DNA of 59,504 bases, counting the filler, from Sphacelaria rigidula (taxonomy: Eukaryota), in NCBI GenBank assembly GCA_964200075.2. It is 9 parts of 9 records of this genome, joined end to end, with 100 filler letters (N's around TTAATTAATTAA, not from the genome) between each part and the next. Parts side by side here need not be neighbours in the genome. Positions count along the whole stretch, not along the records: positions 1 to 6,523 come from CAXNAA020019560.1; positions 6,624 to 13,146 come from CAXNAA020019561.1; positions 13,247 to 19,769 come from CAXNAA020019562.1; 6 more parts are not named here. One strand, written 5' to 3'. A program made the translations under genes and the position numbers. This document shows positions 1-13,307 of this stretch, piece by piece (position 1 is the first letter of the stretch; each line of letters starts with the position of its first letter). The notes under the pieces are model-generated. The model searched no databases, had not been told where the DNA came from, and saw nothing but the letters and a program-made list of their open reading frames with translations.

Positions 1-3000
1 CCCTTGCCCCCGCTACCTTTTCGGGGCGGGGACCCCCCTGGGGGGGGGGGGGGGGTGTTCGCACAAAATAGGGAGTGAAGTCCCCGTTGAAGCAGAAACG
101 GTTGGACAAACGAGCGTTTCACTAATGAGCAACGCTTACTCATACTGGTTGCCTCCGTCTAGAAACAGATATAAGGTCATGACTGCGGCTGAGAAATTTC
201 TCTTGATTTGCGTTTGGTCCCATGTTCCACCGTAACCCGCAGTTATTATCGTCAAATTACTCATGTCGCCAATGGATGGAAGCAACAACGGCACGTGTAT
301 CACCGATCATTGAAATACGCAAATGCTGCCTGTCATGTGTGCATCATCACTCAGGGGGGATCAAACGCCCGGGCACTGCTGACCTACAACCGCAAAGTCA
401 CGGAACTTTTGAGAAGCAATATCAGAACATGGGAAGCAACCCTGGGGTGCACGATGTGGGTAAGTATTCCTCAGTGAAAATGGTTGCGAGTCCGAACTTG
501 ATTATGTCGTGCTTTGTACACAGTTTGCGAAAATGTGACCACATGCAACACAGAGAGGCGGGAACGACGACAGTAAGAGACGCGATGATGCTGTCATGCC
601 GGAATGTGTAAGAAAAAAACTATATACTGGCCCCACAGGACAAATGGCACCATTCAGGGCGTGGCGGTGGCATTGACTCGGGTCCATTTGTTTCACGCAC
701 GGTCCTACTGTGTCGTCGATACAGGATAGCGAGAGTTTCGGACGTCCGCCTAAGTCATTTATGGAGGACAAGCCATGCCTCATTTCCATCCAAGGCCAAA
801 CAAGGAGCGCATTGTTCATGATGGTATACAGCGTGAATCTGAACCTCTCGCTACACTGTACTGGCATTCTTGAGGGAGCGCCACCGCCCAGCACTGAAGG
901 TGCGAAACTATGATGAAGAAGTAGTACACCACTAGCTAGCGCTAGTACTTCTTCTGTGTTTGTGGCAAATACCGGAAACCACAACAGTGACCCCATCCCG
1001 GATAAGTTGCTGCATGTTAGAAGGAGATTTCAAAAACAGTACACATCTGTTTTTGGTCGAGAAAACTGGCTGATCCGGATGACGGCGGCAGTACAAAGAT
1101 AAACAGAGACAACATGGATGGTTGTACGTGATGAATAACCACCCGCATTTAGCTCAAACCGGGCGGACTATGGGTACGGGCGGTCAGAACCCATACATAG
1201 AGCTTCATGACCGTTATCGTGGGTGCCTGCACGGTCACCGCCACCCTTTTATGTTCATCTCGCGACAACAGAGTTGGAAGGATTGCGAGAGGCGATGAAC
1301 GCTACCTCAGGAGACCAGCAGCCGGGGATTTACGTGAGGGTATATAATTCTATGTCCCACGAGAAAGCGAGAGCGGTAGGGCACGAGCAACATGCTGCGG
1401 AGGAACTGTCAAAGGCGAGTGGGAAAAAGAGACGTGTATGTTGAGAAATGACGTTACACCGGAGATCGGATATGTCCACGGAACAGCAATTTACTTTGTG
1501 TAGTTTACATGTGTGTTGGTTTCCCCAGCCGTCAATTCTTTTATTAATGTGATATTGTACAGATAGATTTTTAATAGACGTACTGCTGTTGAGATGTTTC
1601 CCCCAGCGTTGGAGGAGTGTCGTGTCCTCGCGCCACAAGTAACGTGATCATACTGTACGCACGCCTCAGGCCACGATTTGGTATGTCCCAAAGCACGCAG
1701 GCAATAGAACAGGCGCTTTGTGACGACGAAGCCAGAGACTCACGTCATCGCAATAACAGCAAATACCACGTCTATGTAGTCAGCCATAGCATTCCGACTG
1801 GTGGAGATCCCCCGACATCCGCCCAGATTCCTCAGATTCGAATCTTCCAATCTAAGATGCGGTGGGGCATATGACCAGCCGTACCTAACACATCGGTCAA
1901 TCCTAACAGTGGCATCAACCGTTGTCCGCAATACAAGGGACCCCAAGGAGTACCTCACATTCTCGATCGGTTTTCAAAACCGACGATCGGCGATTGTCGT
2001 GGTGCATATCCGTTTCGAAGAAGGGTTAATATCAATGACATACAAAGGCCGATTCGCTTAATCATCTTCCCGTGAACAACATGAAAATCGGCCAACCCTA
2101 ACAGACATATTTACATACACTACATTTTCACAAAACATACGCACCGTTCTACTCTCACACCGCCAGACAGACACGCGATGTGGAGTACTAGTCGATTTGG
2201 AAAACCGTCCCCCGATGAGCGATAAAAAACATAACTGGCCTCATGGCGGGATACAACGTATCCCTAATAAACAGTTGTTGTTGTATGACCATTCCCCTAC
2301 CGGCATCATATTAAAAGTTCAAATTATCCAGAAACATAACATCATATCTTACTCAAAATAACCTGCTACATTTCGATATACAAACGCAGACGCAGACTAT
2401 AGGTTGTAGTCCACTTAGAATATTAATAATGTCTCCTTGTAAAAAGGATGGAGAATCCGTTGGCCGAATATACGATCTCTGAGAGTGGTCCGTTGAAAAA
2501 TATCATCATTGGATAGCCAAGCGATTCCGATATGTAAGAAATGATATCCCTATGAACGCACAGGATGGTGACCGTGTCCTTCAACATTCACATGCACCTC
2601 TTCCGAAATTACCATCCGATAAACGTACATTGGATCGAAGCAGTCAGTTTCGGAAATCGACCCACGACATTCTCAACCCTCACAATGCCGTGATGTGTTA
2701 TCTTGAAAGCCGCATACGCATATACCTATACAGAACGTTGCCGAGATACAATCACCCCGCTAACGGAGATCGTCTCGCCTGCGATGTCTGGAGCGAAGCC
2801 ATCATAATGCATGCCTGTCGTGTGTCTTTCTTAATTGCATGTATGTCGCTTGTGTTCAATGTTAGAATCGGTAATAATAAGATCATCGGTAAGAGTGGCA
2901 TGCTATCGTGCATAAAAGTTGTTGGTGTTGAGTGTGCAACCAACCTCATGCTATATCGGCAACATGAACCGTGCGGGATACATCTTCTCCATTTGTCTTC

Positions 3001-3009
3001 GATAACAGA

Positions 3010-5254
3010 AGCCCTGCATGAGCTCAGTCATTGGGGTCCTTGTCCCTATCATCCGACAAGCGTGCCACAGAGAAGAAGTCAGCACACCGGCACAATTGAC
3101 TGAAATATTGGGCAGTAATTGGGAGGACAACCACTGGAAGGAAGACGGAGAGAAGAGAGGTGGGAAGAAAGACGCGAACGAGACATGGAGGAGGCTCCTC
3201 GATTACGCGAAGGGATATGTGATGAGATTCGTCCTCACACTCCCAGGGGGGGCGCCGTTGAAGAACGAACCGCCTAAGCTCGGGTCGCTGGTGACGCTCG
3301 TGTTCTCCGTGGCACTTCACGACCGAGACTGGCCATTGCAAGACGTGGTCCTCGATAGCCGGGCATTCGAGGACGAGGAAGGGATCAAACCGGTGAGCGC
3401 CGCCTGTGCGACATTGAGTGGATTATATAGTGGACCATGCTCCCATGACAGTTTTGGTGTCCAAATAAATTATAGTCTTCCTTCTGCTCGGGTCGGCGTA
3501 CACGCCCCTGTTTCATGTCACACCCAGGACGACATCGCTTGTTCAGACCACAGCTGTATGATGTTACGCTCGCTACCTGTGCCTATAAATGAACGTGGGC
3601 CCCGTTGTACATGATCTGCGTGATTAACCTAGCGATGTACCCATCTGGTGTCATCTCGCCGATTTTGCCTCATACGCGTCATTTTCGACAGCCGATGCGG
3701 GGGTCGTCGCTGGGAAATCTCCAAGCCTACTCTTACTTATTTGGTCTCGACAAACGCTGTTTGACGGATGGTCACCTGCACAAGCTTGTCCGGGAGAATG
3801 GCATCAACCAAGTGGTCATGACCTACTGTCAGGTATTGAAGCCGTTGCATCTCGCGCACGATGTTGCATCCACCTTCATCAGCTGAGCACACATGGACAG
3901 AGGTCATCATAGTCAACTCGACGAGACCGGTCGTATTTTGAGGGTGAGTCTGCGGGTGGCGACTGACGATAAGGAAGATGGCGACAAGATAGCTGCGTTG
4001 CGGTGACAGCAACTTCAGTTTGATTTTGCTATGGCATCCACAACGTGGGTTGATGAGCAGGAAAGCCGTAAGGCGATAAAGTCATACACTTACACGGCTA
4101 AGAACCCCAACACGTCGGACGGGGCGAAGGGAGCAACCGGGGACGTCTTCAATTGGCTGGACGCCACATATCACCGGGTGTTCAAGGACGCACTCAGGGG
4201 GGCGAAGTCCACCACTTTGGCGAAAGGCCAGGGACGGATTCGGAAGAAGAATCCGCGCCACAGCACCAAGAATTCGTTCACTATGGGAATGAGGGAAGTG
4301 CCCCACGTGTCTACGTGGGCGCACCCATACATTTTCGACAGTATCACCATCTACGAATTCGTGAGTGCATGAATTGTTCGCAACAGCGACCGGTTTACAT
4401 AATATGCAGATAATGTTAAACCTAAACAATATATGAGCAGCGACGTCAGTATATCCGACGCAGACATCGAATGGGTGCACTCTTAGTCAAACGGGGAACG
4501 AATGTGTTACAATAACAAAGACATATGGGACTCGGTTTCTGAAACCGACTCGCGTGCATCATTTAAATCGTAAAAAATAAATGTATTATGTATCATTCAA
4601 ACTCCGATAGTTATACGCTTACCGGCATGCCATTTTGGAATTCGTTGGTCCCTGTGTGTGATGTCAATAGTCAACTTGAAATGCATGACTTACTTTATCA
4701 ATGGAGCAGCATACCGGCGGATTAACTGGGATGTAAAGGCTATCATCGACAACTCAGTCCCACAAGCCTCAGGAGCAAGAATGGCATATAACTGGCAATC
4801 GCTCATCCCCATACATATCGCAGATATTTTCTCTGTTTTCAAGTTGAGGTTCATGCAGCCACTGTCTAATATGTCCATATCATGGAGTAGATGACGGATA
4901 CACCACAAGGAGCCAAGGACACGACAAAGGCGGCGACCAGACGGAAGCTCGTCGTCATCTACGCCCTTCTGAGGATGCTGCACACGCAGCATCTTGCGGA
5001 AGGGTCTACGGATGTATGCGACGATTTCAGAGCCGTAGTAAATATCCTCAAGTGTGAGGATAATGCCCTGGAGTTCAACAAGCTGTTGGTGAGTGATCTG
5101 CCCAGAAACCAGGTATATGACGGTGGCCCACATTTCCTGACTGAGACGGAGAGGAAGTACATCAAAGGCGTAATATTACCTGGCGGCATCAGCGACGCAG
5201 TGGCCACGAAAGCGGATGCTGCTCCCACCATCGAACGAGCAGCCACCCAACCCG
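3010..5254 (+). CDS. Putative exons of an unidentified, possibly decaying multi-exon gene (about 3010-3392, 3722-3832, 4010-4360, 4891-5254)
   Basis: Protein-like open segments (…WEDNHWKEDGEKRGGKKDANETWRRLLDYAKGYV…, …WVDEQESRKAIKSYTY…, …RRKLVVIYALLRMLHTQHL…) ending at donor-like sites (CCG|GTGAGC, CAG|GTATTG, TTC|GTGAGT, CCG|GTGAAT). No family recognised. Confidence 0.4.
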
Positions 5255-6523
5255 GTGAATTCTTACAACCCCTCGAAAAAATATAATTATTCCAGGTGTG
5301 TACATGTGTTCTCGGGTGACACGCGGAGCCGACGTTTCAGTAAGAAGCGCGACAGATCGTTTGCGTTCATAACTTACGTGGTGCACGGTGTATTGCACCA
5401 TATATGGTCACATAATGGTGATGAGCATCATGGACTGCCATACTCACTTCACGTCCGAATATCGGATTGGAGGTGGTCATCTGCTCTCTCGTTATTCGGT
5501 ACGTTCATCATTCCATCACTACTCGCAAAATTTTGTGCATCACGCACAATTGAAGACCGACAGTCGCCTTCTGAAACCGGGAGAGAGAATGCTCGATACC
5601 CACGGATCTCATCAGTTGTTGGATAAACGGGGGATGTCCATACACACAACGCGGAGTCACAATATGTCCTCATCGGTTATACTCACTCATCGCGGTAGGC
5701 GAATCTTGTTACATGCCACAAGATTTAACACACATAATAACTCCAACAACATACAAGGGCAACACACACTCCCTCATCCTCACTCTCTTGTCTCTGCACA
5801 GACGTCAACATTGAGGCGCGCACCATTGAATTCAGGATCGACGACGACGAGTCTCCGCCGACAACGATGCCTGTACCTCTTCCTTTATGTGAGGTGCTCG
5901 AGAAGGTCATTGGCGGGTCCGATGGTAAGATTCACCTAAGAGTGAAGAAAAATAAGACCCACTGGTGAGTTATTCAAGCGACATCATTGACCTAACGCTA
6001 CCGCCCCCCTCTCTACCCTCGATTTGATAATTGGATGAGACCATATCAAATGCTGCTGTGTACTGCGACATGTGGGCGGGATAATGTTGATTTTCCGATG
6101 TGTTACAGTGGAGACGATGAGATGTTCAAGACGATGTTTGAATGCTGACGATGCGGTGGTAGCTATTGCAAGTGTGGCGCGTAATATGGTCCGGTATGCA
6201 AAACAGGTGTACATGACCACGACGCAGATGACCCAAACTCCTCGACAGCTTGAAAAACACAGGACCACCATTGACAGTGAACAATCACGATGTCTTATCG
6301 CCGCCCTCATGTCAACTGCTATGCCGACAAGAACCCATCAAAATCGTACATGCTGGGGCAGCAGAAGAAGGGTAACAGGAAGGCACATCAAACTCCAATC
6401 CCCCCCCCCCCGGCAATGTAATCGAGCCTACGGAGTGTGATGATGGTGGTACGGAGGATGCCGGGCGCGGTAATGCCGTTGTCGATGAGATAATCGACGT
6501 GGATACGACACCAAGTGGGGGGG

Positions 6524-6623
6524 NNNNNNNNNNNNNNNNNNNNNNNNNNNNNNNNNNNNNNNNNNNNTTAATTAATTAANNNNNNNNNNNNNNNNNNNNN
6601 NNNNNNNNNNNNNNNNNNNNNNN
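6524..6623. other. Artificial contig-joining linker (N44-TTAATTAATTAA-N44); identical linkers at 13147-13246, 19770-19869, 26393-26492, 33016-33115, 39639-39738, 46261-46360, 52883-52982
   Basis: Eight identical 100-bp N spacers containing a six-frame stop 12-mer. The intervening segments are all 6523 or 6522 bp, consistent with size-sorted contigs. Confidence 0.98.
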
Positions 6624-8150
6624 GCAAAAAGTGCTGTACAGGAGTCCTCACAATGACTCTGAAGACCCCTGTGCAGCACGTCCTACAGGCTGCCATCTGT
6701 CCACGTGTGCAACCTCTCCGCTGATCCAGAGCTGACCGGACTTGTAGATTGTTGTTGGAATACATGGGCGGCCACCCCGTCTATCTCCCGCTTGGGCCCG
6801 GAAAATTCCAGCCCTTCGTCGATGATGACTGAAAAGCCGTTCAAAGACAAAGCCCCTTTTTCATCCAGGAATTACTAGCGCGCCGTGGGTGTGGGGCACT
6901 CCCCGTAGCCGACGCCTCGAATACGTCGTACGACCACTATTTCTCCACTGTATTGACAACCCTCAAGCAAAGATGTCAACTCAGCTCTTTTTCCTGTACA
7001 GTAGAGGTGCTACCTCCTGCTGCACCAGAACGTTTCTTGACTCAAACCATCGTTTTACAGTTGATTGGTCCCGCACTTTCTGCCAATAAGCGGTAGGGTG
7101 TTCGGTAGTCGATGACGATCTCGGCAACTCATATCTTAGTAATTAGGGCTCATGGTACGGGAATGATGGCGTGAAGCTCACGAACAAAGTAAAGTTATTA
7201 ACTGGGGCTCATGGTCCGGGAATGATGGCTCGAAGCTAGAGAACGAAGGAGGGGAGTCTAGGTGGTGATGTCCATCGCTGGGCACATCCGATATCAGTTT
7301 TTCAGAGAACATACACGATCATAAAGAGAGTTTCGCGGTATGTTCCGCTTCTCAAATATGAGGAATCGAGTACGTTTCGTGAGGTATATACTCGTGGAAA
7401 CTCCCCATCAAAAATAGCCGGCAACGATATGCTACAAATGCCCGGGAAGGCATAATTGTAAGTGATCAAAACATCAACAGCAATCACCAAGTGGGAAAGG
7501 GGGGAATGACCGAATTCTCTCATCACCATGACATATTCCATCACTGCACACCGATTTACGGCACTCTTCACTACACGAATATGTACAAAACACATGCCCT
7601 CGATCCAAGATTAACAGACGAACAAGCAACGTTACAAACTCTTGCAGCATATCAAAACCATCACACGCGTTACACATCTTCGCGAGCAACGGCTTTAGAT
7701 CCAATACGAGCATTACCCTTTTTTCTGTGAGTAGAGCAACAGTTGAGGCCGCCGCCGAAGCACTTGGTGACGAACCGACCAAGTGCGGCGAACCCCGCAT
7801 CTATTCCCGGGATGTGTCCGGCCTGATATCGTCGCCTCACAGACGCCAACGGCACCGTTTGTTTGGAGCCAGCGCCTGTCCCGTGACTGTTCACGTCACC
7901 ACTTTCGAAAATCACGGTGCACCTTTGTGCGTCTGTGTCAACGGCGGTTACCTGGGCAGTCAATGCGGTGGGAGGGGGAAGATCAGATAAAATTACGCAG
8001 CATTGCATACCAAGAACTGTGCAGCTCATTTTAGGTACGGCCAATCGATGTGAGGGCAACATCCTCAACCCCCTTTCGACGATTGTAAAAGCTACGTGTC
8101 AGCTCATTACATGGGGGGAGGAGGAGGGACGGGAGGCGAATCGGTAACCA

Positions 8151-9391
8151 GTGGTGTATCTCACGACACCACCGGAGACAGCGCCCGCCGCAATGTGCAG
8201 ATCACAGTTATGGCGTCCCAGGGACATTCAACACAGAGAGTACACCTTCAATATTGCTCAGTGGAAACGTAACATAGCTGCAGACGAGTACAACCGGTCA
8301 TTGCGGTATGCTCAAGTGCCAAACGATATCCACCCTCTACGTGACTGGCGACGAGAAATCTACATCACTGGAGGGGGCAGCGCGGAGTGACCAACACCTA
8401 AATTTCGTCCTGGGTAACATAACTCACCCACATCAATGTGCGCAGTTGCTTGTCTACAGTAACGATGGTCACCTCAGTAACGAGCACGGGTGAGTGGGGC
8501 GTATGGCGGTTGTGCCCAAGCTGAGGTTGTGAAGTCACCCAAAAAGCGCGACTCGTTCGCGTATAGTAGACTATTGGGAATAATGAGGTTCACGACGTAA
8601 CACGTACTACGATAGTAGAAGGATAAGCCAATACTGTAGCAACTGTTGAAGCACCTTTCCCGCACGGGGATGCATGTCTTCATCTTCCGTAAGATGTGTG
8701 TCGTCGCCCGAACCGTGGCCTACGAGAACCTGTTTCCCCGTCTTGATTTTATCTCCCCATACTGGTTCCTCTGGCCCGAACATGTCGAGAAGCTGGTTGA
8801 TTAGACCCAACAGTGCGCATCAGGCGGGGGCAAGCGTGTATGCAGAAACAGGCAAAGGGTGGAAGGTGGTATTGACAGGCTGACACAGTGATTAAAATAT
8901 CACAGAACAATGCGTACGGCGACAATTGCTTTTGTACTAACGTATCCAGCCTGCCGCGGGTTCTTTGATGAAACATACGGACGTGACTCATAGCAAACTT
9001 GGGACAGTCAGATAACAAAATCGATGCATGGTTCTCGCGTACCAGCCTACCAAAGCCGATGTGGGACGACATCATCGGGTGTCGCTAGCTCACCGCGGCA
9101 AACAAGAAGAGGGAAAAGAGGAGACTTTGCGCGATGATGAAGAAGATCACGGTACCGAACTTGAGGAAGAACACGAACACCGCGAACAGCAGCGGGAACG
9201 TCGCCCCGATCGTCGAGATGGCTCTGCAGCACGAACATCAAATGGAGGCACGACAGAAAGTGATTGAAACGGAAGTTTCCTGGGAGCAATTTCTACGCTC
9301 AAGCAAAGCAAGGAATTCATGCTGTCATCGGAACATTCCGCGACACGCGGACAACTCTCCTTCCATGCGAAATAATGTGAACGCGTCGTAG
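8151..9391 (+). pseudogene. Degenerate intronless coding remnant of unknown origin (TE or virus), lying antisense within a probable intron of the Dispatched-like gene
   Basis: The frame starting at 8151 reads as protein across several stops (…DIHPLRDWRREIYITG…, …QLLKHLSRTGMHVFIFRKMCVVARTVAYENLFPRLDFISPYWFLWPEHVEKLVD*). It is followed by …KKREKRRLCAMMKKITVPNL…VIETEVSWEQFL in another frame. Confidence 0.35.
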
Positions 9392-9685
9392 CCGAATCTA
9401 GAGCTGAGGCACGTGGCCCTGTGCCGACTGATTGCTTTGATAGACCGCCAATCGCACACCGCCGCCAAATATCATTTAGCCCCATATATTTTATGCGTTG
9501 TCATGATCATTAATTAGTCCCCTGAACTCTTGAGGATAAAATGAGCAAGGCAGGGACAGCTGAGCCAATGTATACTTTACAAACGAAGCTACACGAGACA
9601 GAATACATTGGCAGATGGTCAGCAAAATAAAAAATACAACACACGGGACGAGAGGAAAGAAATGTACAGTACGCGATATACGTAC

Positions 9686-12409
9686 CCGGACAACACGGCT
9701 GGTCCCATTGTGGCCAGCATGTCGCGCGTGCGCTCTCCTCTTGTCTTTTTGGTGGACTCCAGGTAGGAGTCGGACAGGTGCAGCGTGTAGTCGACACTAA
9801 ATCCGACCACCATAACGAACAGGATAGCTTCAAGAATGCCCAATTCCCAGCCATTGGCAACGGTGAACATGACCACACCTCCAACCTGGTTGGTTGGTGA
9901 GGGCAGCCAAAGAAGTTGTAGTGACGCAACGGGCATAGGTTCAAAGAGGTCACGAGTTGAAAGAGCATCGTGCTGGGCGGGTGTTAACGGAGGCACGGAT
10001 GAGACGGGCTGAGAAACCTTGGACGAGAGTTGGTGCTGCTACAGTTTGCTGCTGAAACTGGTGGGTGGCTGGGAAACTTCAACATGGTCAAGATCAGAAG
10101 AAAGCCCGATGACAAAGGTAATGACTTATGATCGTCGGGTGAGTTTTTGCTGAACCCTCGTCCACGAGGACACGCCTTTGACGCGACGATGCGTGTCAAA
10201 CAACAGCACAATACCCTCTAACAAAGGTGAACACATCGCACAGTACTATTTCTTGCGAGCACAACCACCGACGCTTATACGGCGATGGGTGGTGATGCGA
10301 AGTACACGTGACTCACCAGGGCAGTGATGATGAAAATAGCAAGCGTGGAAATGATCCAGTTCGACGTCGCCAGGCAAACGATCACCAACACGCCGACGAG
10401 TGAAAGACCAATGCCCGTGAACGCCTCCTGGATGATCACCCTCTGCAGGTGGAAAAAGTGGAAAGCGCCATTGTCCGTCACGAAGGCGTCTCCCACTGTG
10501 GCGTCCGCGCCCTGGTACTCGGACGTGCTGGCCTTTGCTACCCATGTTTCCACGAATGAATTCCAGTCGTTGTAGAGGGATATTCCTGTGGATGTTGCAT
10601 TGTTTCATCGCGTAGGTTGACAATGTTCGACTCGGGAGAGACGCTAGTTCGTGGACGGATGAACTTTACGGATAGATCCGTGGGTGGATAATAGACATGC
10701 AGAAGGTATAATGACGCGAGAGGCGCGAGTAATTACGTGAGCGAGTCGGGATGTAAGCGGTAAAACACGAGCGTGGAATCTACCGCGAAGGACATGCAAC
10801 GCTCGCCTGGCGAACTTCTATAGGCGCATGGCACGCACGTATGCAAAGCAGAAGTCGCAACACGGCGACTGATTGAGTCCGTGCCCAATTCGTGAGAGGG
10901 GGAAACGCACCGACAAACACAAGGCAAATCTCCATTGTATTCTTACCTTCGCCGAATTTGAGCCCGAAGCCTGCACTAAGTAGTACCTCCACACTTATGT
11001 AGCGCAAGGTGGGATCCACGTCGGCGGCGGTGCTGGTGGCTTCGAACTGGCGGTGAGTGGGTGGAAAAGGAAAGGCAAGAACGAACACACCACGCGTGTG
11101 GGAGAGTCATCAAGGTCAGCAGAACATCGTCGACGTGCGCGGATGTCATGAACTGACATGGTGGGTCGTGTCCATCGTTCTTCGATGTACAGTGCTGTTC
11201 TCTAGTATGCCTCCAGCAGGCCAATGCTCTTGTCTGTTGAGATTGTCGAATTCTTCATAACAGAATGAACGGCACGGGTTCGAGCGTTCCTCCCCACCCG
11301 TGACGAGAATATATCGTAACACACGAGTATACTGGACACCTGTGAGATTGAAAGCACGGTCCAAGACCCGTGAGCCGAATAAACTGTTAGTAGCGTTCAA
11401 TATATTTATAGCTCATCTCCGAACATGAAACCAGCATGTGTGAGGAAGTAACGTGCGGGATCTATAGTATTCCGGAAATGTTATTCGGAACGTTCCTTGT
11501 GGTAAGAGAACGATAAATCGTCGTGAGTTCCTAGATTTGGTGCATATCTCTACATGGATCGTGGGCGGTCGTGACAAAGTGATGCATCCCGTCTTCATCT
11601 CTCACTCGTTTCCCGCATCTTTCTCCACCTACTGTCCGCCGTGTAGACAGAAATATGGAAGACTGAAAGCCCATCGCCTTCATCTTGCGACTTAGTGGAC
11701 GAGGGCAGTACTTTGCCCGGGCATACCACATGGAGCTCTGTTATTACTAAACCGTCATCTGATCGACAAGACCACTTCGGAAGTAGCAGCTGCGTTTTCT
11801 CAAATCAGGATGAATGTCCACTCGCCCTGACAGAATCCTCCCAAATGTCGAGGTTGGTCTGCCGCCCTTCTAAAACGGCGTCAGCAGTCACAGGGACCTC
11901 GTCGCGAAGGAACGTCAGGAACGTGTCTTGGAACAAGTCAGCATCGATGACGTACTCCTCTGTGCTGATGGTCGGGTGTGTCTGCTTGCAAACGCCGTCT
12001 TGCTGCTGGCACCTGGTGTTCCACCGTCAACAAAGGAGCACACACGCGAGTGTACAAAACGCGAGACGAGACAACGTTTCATCGAGAAACGTTTATGCAC
12101 GGTGGGAAGTTGATGCGCGCATCGGACAACGAACTCGCTTCTACAAGGAATCATGTCGACATATTACATGATACCCTCCGGTCGCGTGGGTGCGATCTGA
12201 TGCGGTAGGAAGAGACGCCACGATCCCGTTAATACTCCAGTGTCGGTCGGTCCGGACATGAGGTAGCGTACCATGTTTGGAAGCCCTCAATAGGGCATTT
12301 CACTGGCGTTGCCACAACTTCGTCGGCTTCATACACCTGGCGGGCGTCGAACGCGTCCTCCGCCGTGTCGATCGCGTCGCAGAAGTCAAGGAACCACTTT
12401 TGCGTGTAT
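9686..12409 (-). CDS. Dispatched/Patched-family (RND, sterol-sensing/MMPL-like) membrane protein, partial; exons 12272-12409, 11826-12012, 10947-11046, 10317-10585, 9686-9885
   Basis: Phase-consistent splicing gives …KCPIEGFQTWCQQQDGVC…WEDSVRFEATST…GIGLSLVGVLVIVCLATSNWIISTLAIFIITALVGGVVMFTVANGWELGILEAILFVMVVGFSVDYTLHLSDSYLES…RTRDMLATMGPAVLSG. GWELG, GFSVDYxxH and 'R…L..MGPAV.SG' are hallmark motifs of the second TM bundle of Dispatched-like RND proteins. Confidence 0.88.
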
Positions 12410-13246
12410 CTGCGAACACGACGAGAGATAGGGCACAGGTGGGGGGGCGGGGCGCACTCAGTTTTTGTTTGCCTTTGTGACCGTCGACCATGCATCCCTT
12501 GCCGAGACGAAGCACAATTCCTGCTCCTTATAGAGACACCTCCAACTCATATAAGCGCTCATCAAATTTCCTCCATACGCTATAATACGCGACAGTTTTT
12601 CACGTATCTTATCCCCTTGCATTTCTGCCGTCTGTGGCCACCATCCATCTCCTAGCATAGCCATCGGTTTCTCGCTCCTGTCTAATGCATAAACCGATTC
12701 CATGCCATATTCGACTCCTTCCCACATTCTCCCCTCTAACGCGTCCCATCCCTTCATCTATACTTCACATTCTGCTGCTATGAGCTCTGCTCTCTATTAC
12801 TTTGCCCCAGCGGCAATTCTGTGCATCTACTTCCTCCTCCACTCTACTACAGATGTATCTCTCCCTTCTTTTTGGCAGTTCCACGCCTCTCACCCGAAAT
12901 CGCAGTTCCAGTGTTTTCACGGAGTCCATGGGGTCATGCAGATATGTTCTCATTCCTATCCCCTCTCTCAACCCCCCGTATGTCGTGACAGTGTTTTTCC
13001 TTGTCTAGTTTCTGCCTTCGCGTTTCTTCTCCTCTTATTTCTATCACGTCCTTACCTTTGTCTTGTACCCCCCCCCCCCCCCCCCCCCCCCCCCCAACCG
13101 TTGCTCGCGCCCCCGTTCCTCGCCTCGCTCCGTCCCTCCCCACTGCNNNNNNNNNNNNNNNNNNNNNNNNNNNNNNNNNNNNNNNNNNNNTTAATTAATT
13201 AANNNNNNNNNNNNNNNNNNNNNNNNNNNNNNNNNNNNNNNNNNNN

Positions 13247-13304
<58 letters not shown>
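13247..13304 (+). repeat. (ATT)n microsatellite at contig start
   Basis: About 19 perfect ATT units. Confidence 0.97.

Positions 13305-13307
<3 letters not shown>

Noticed and set aside
640..720. Ulp1-like protease motif (…GIDSGPFV…) in contig 1
   Set aside because: The catalytic Cys is absent and I found no convincing His/Asp motifs upstream, so it is too weak to call.
6568..6579. Recurring TTAATTAATTAA as a biological motif, and ORFs ending in 'LIN' or X runs
   Set aside because: This is an artificial six-frame-stop linker inside the N spacers.
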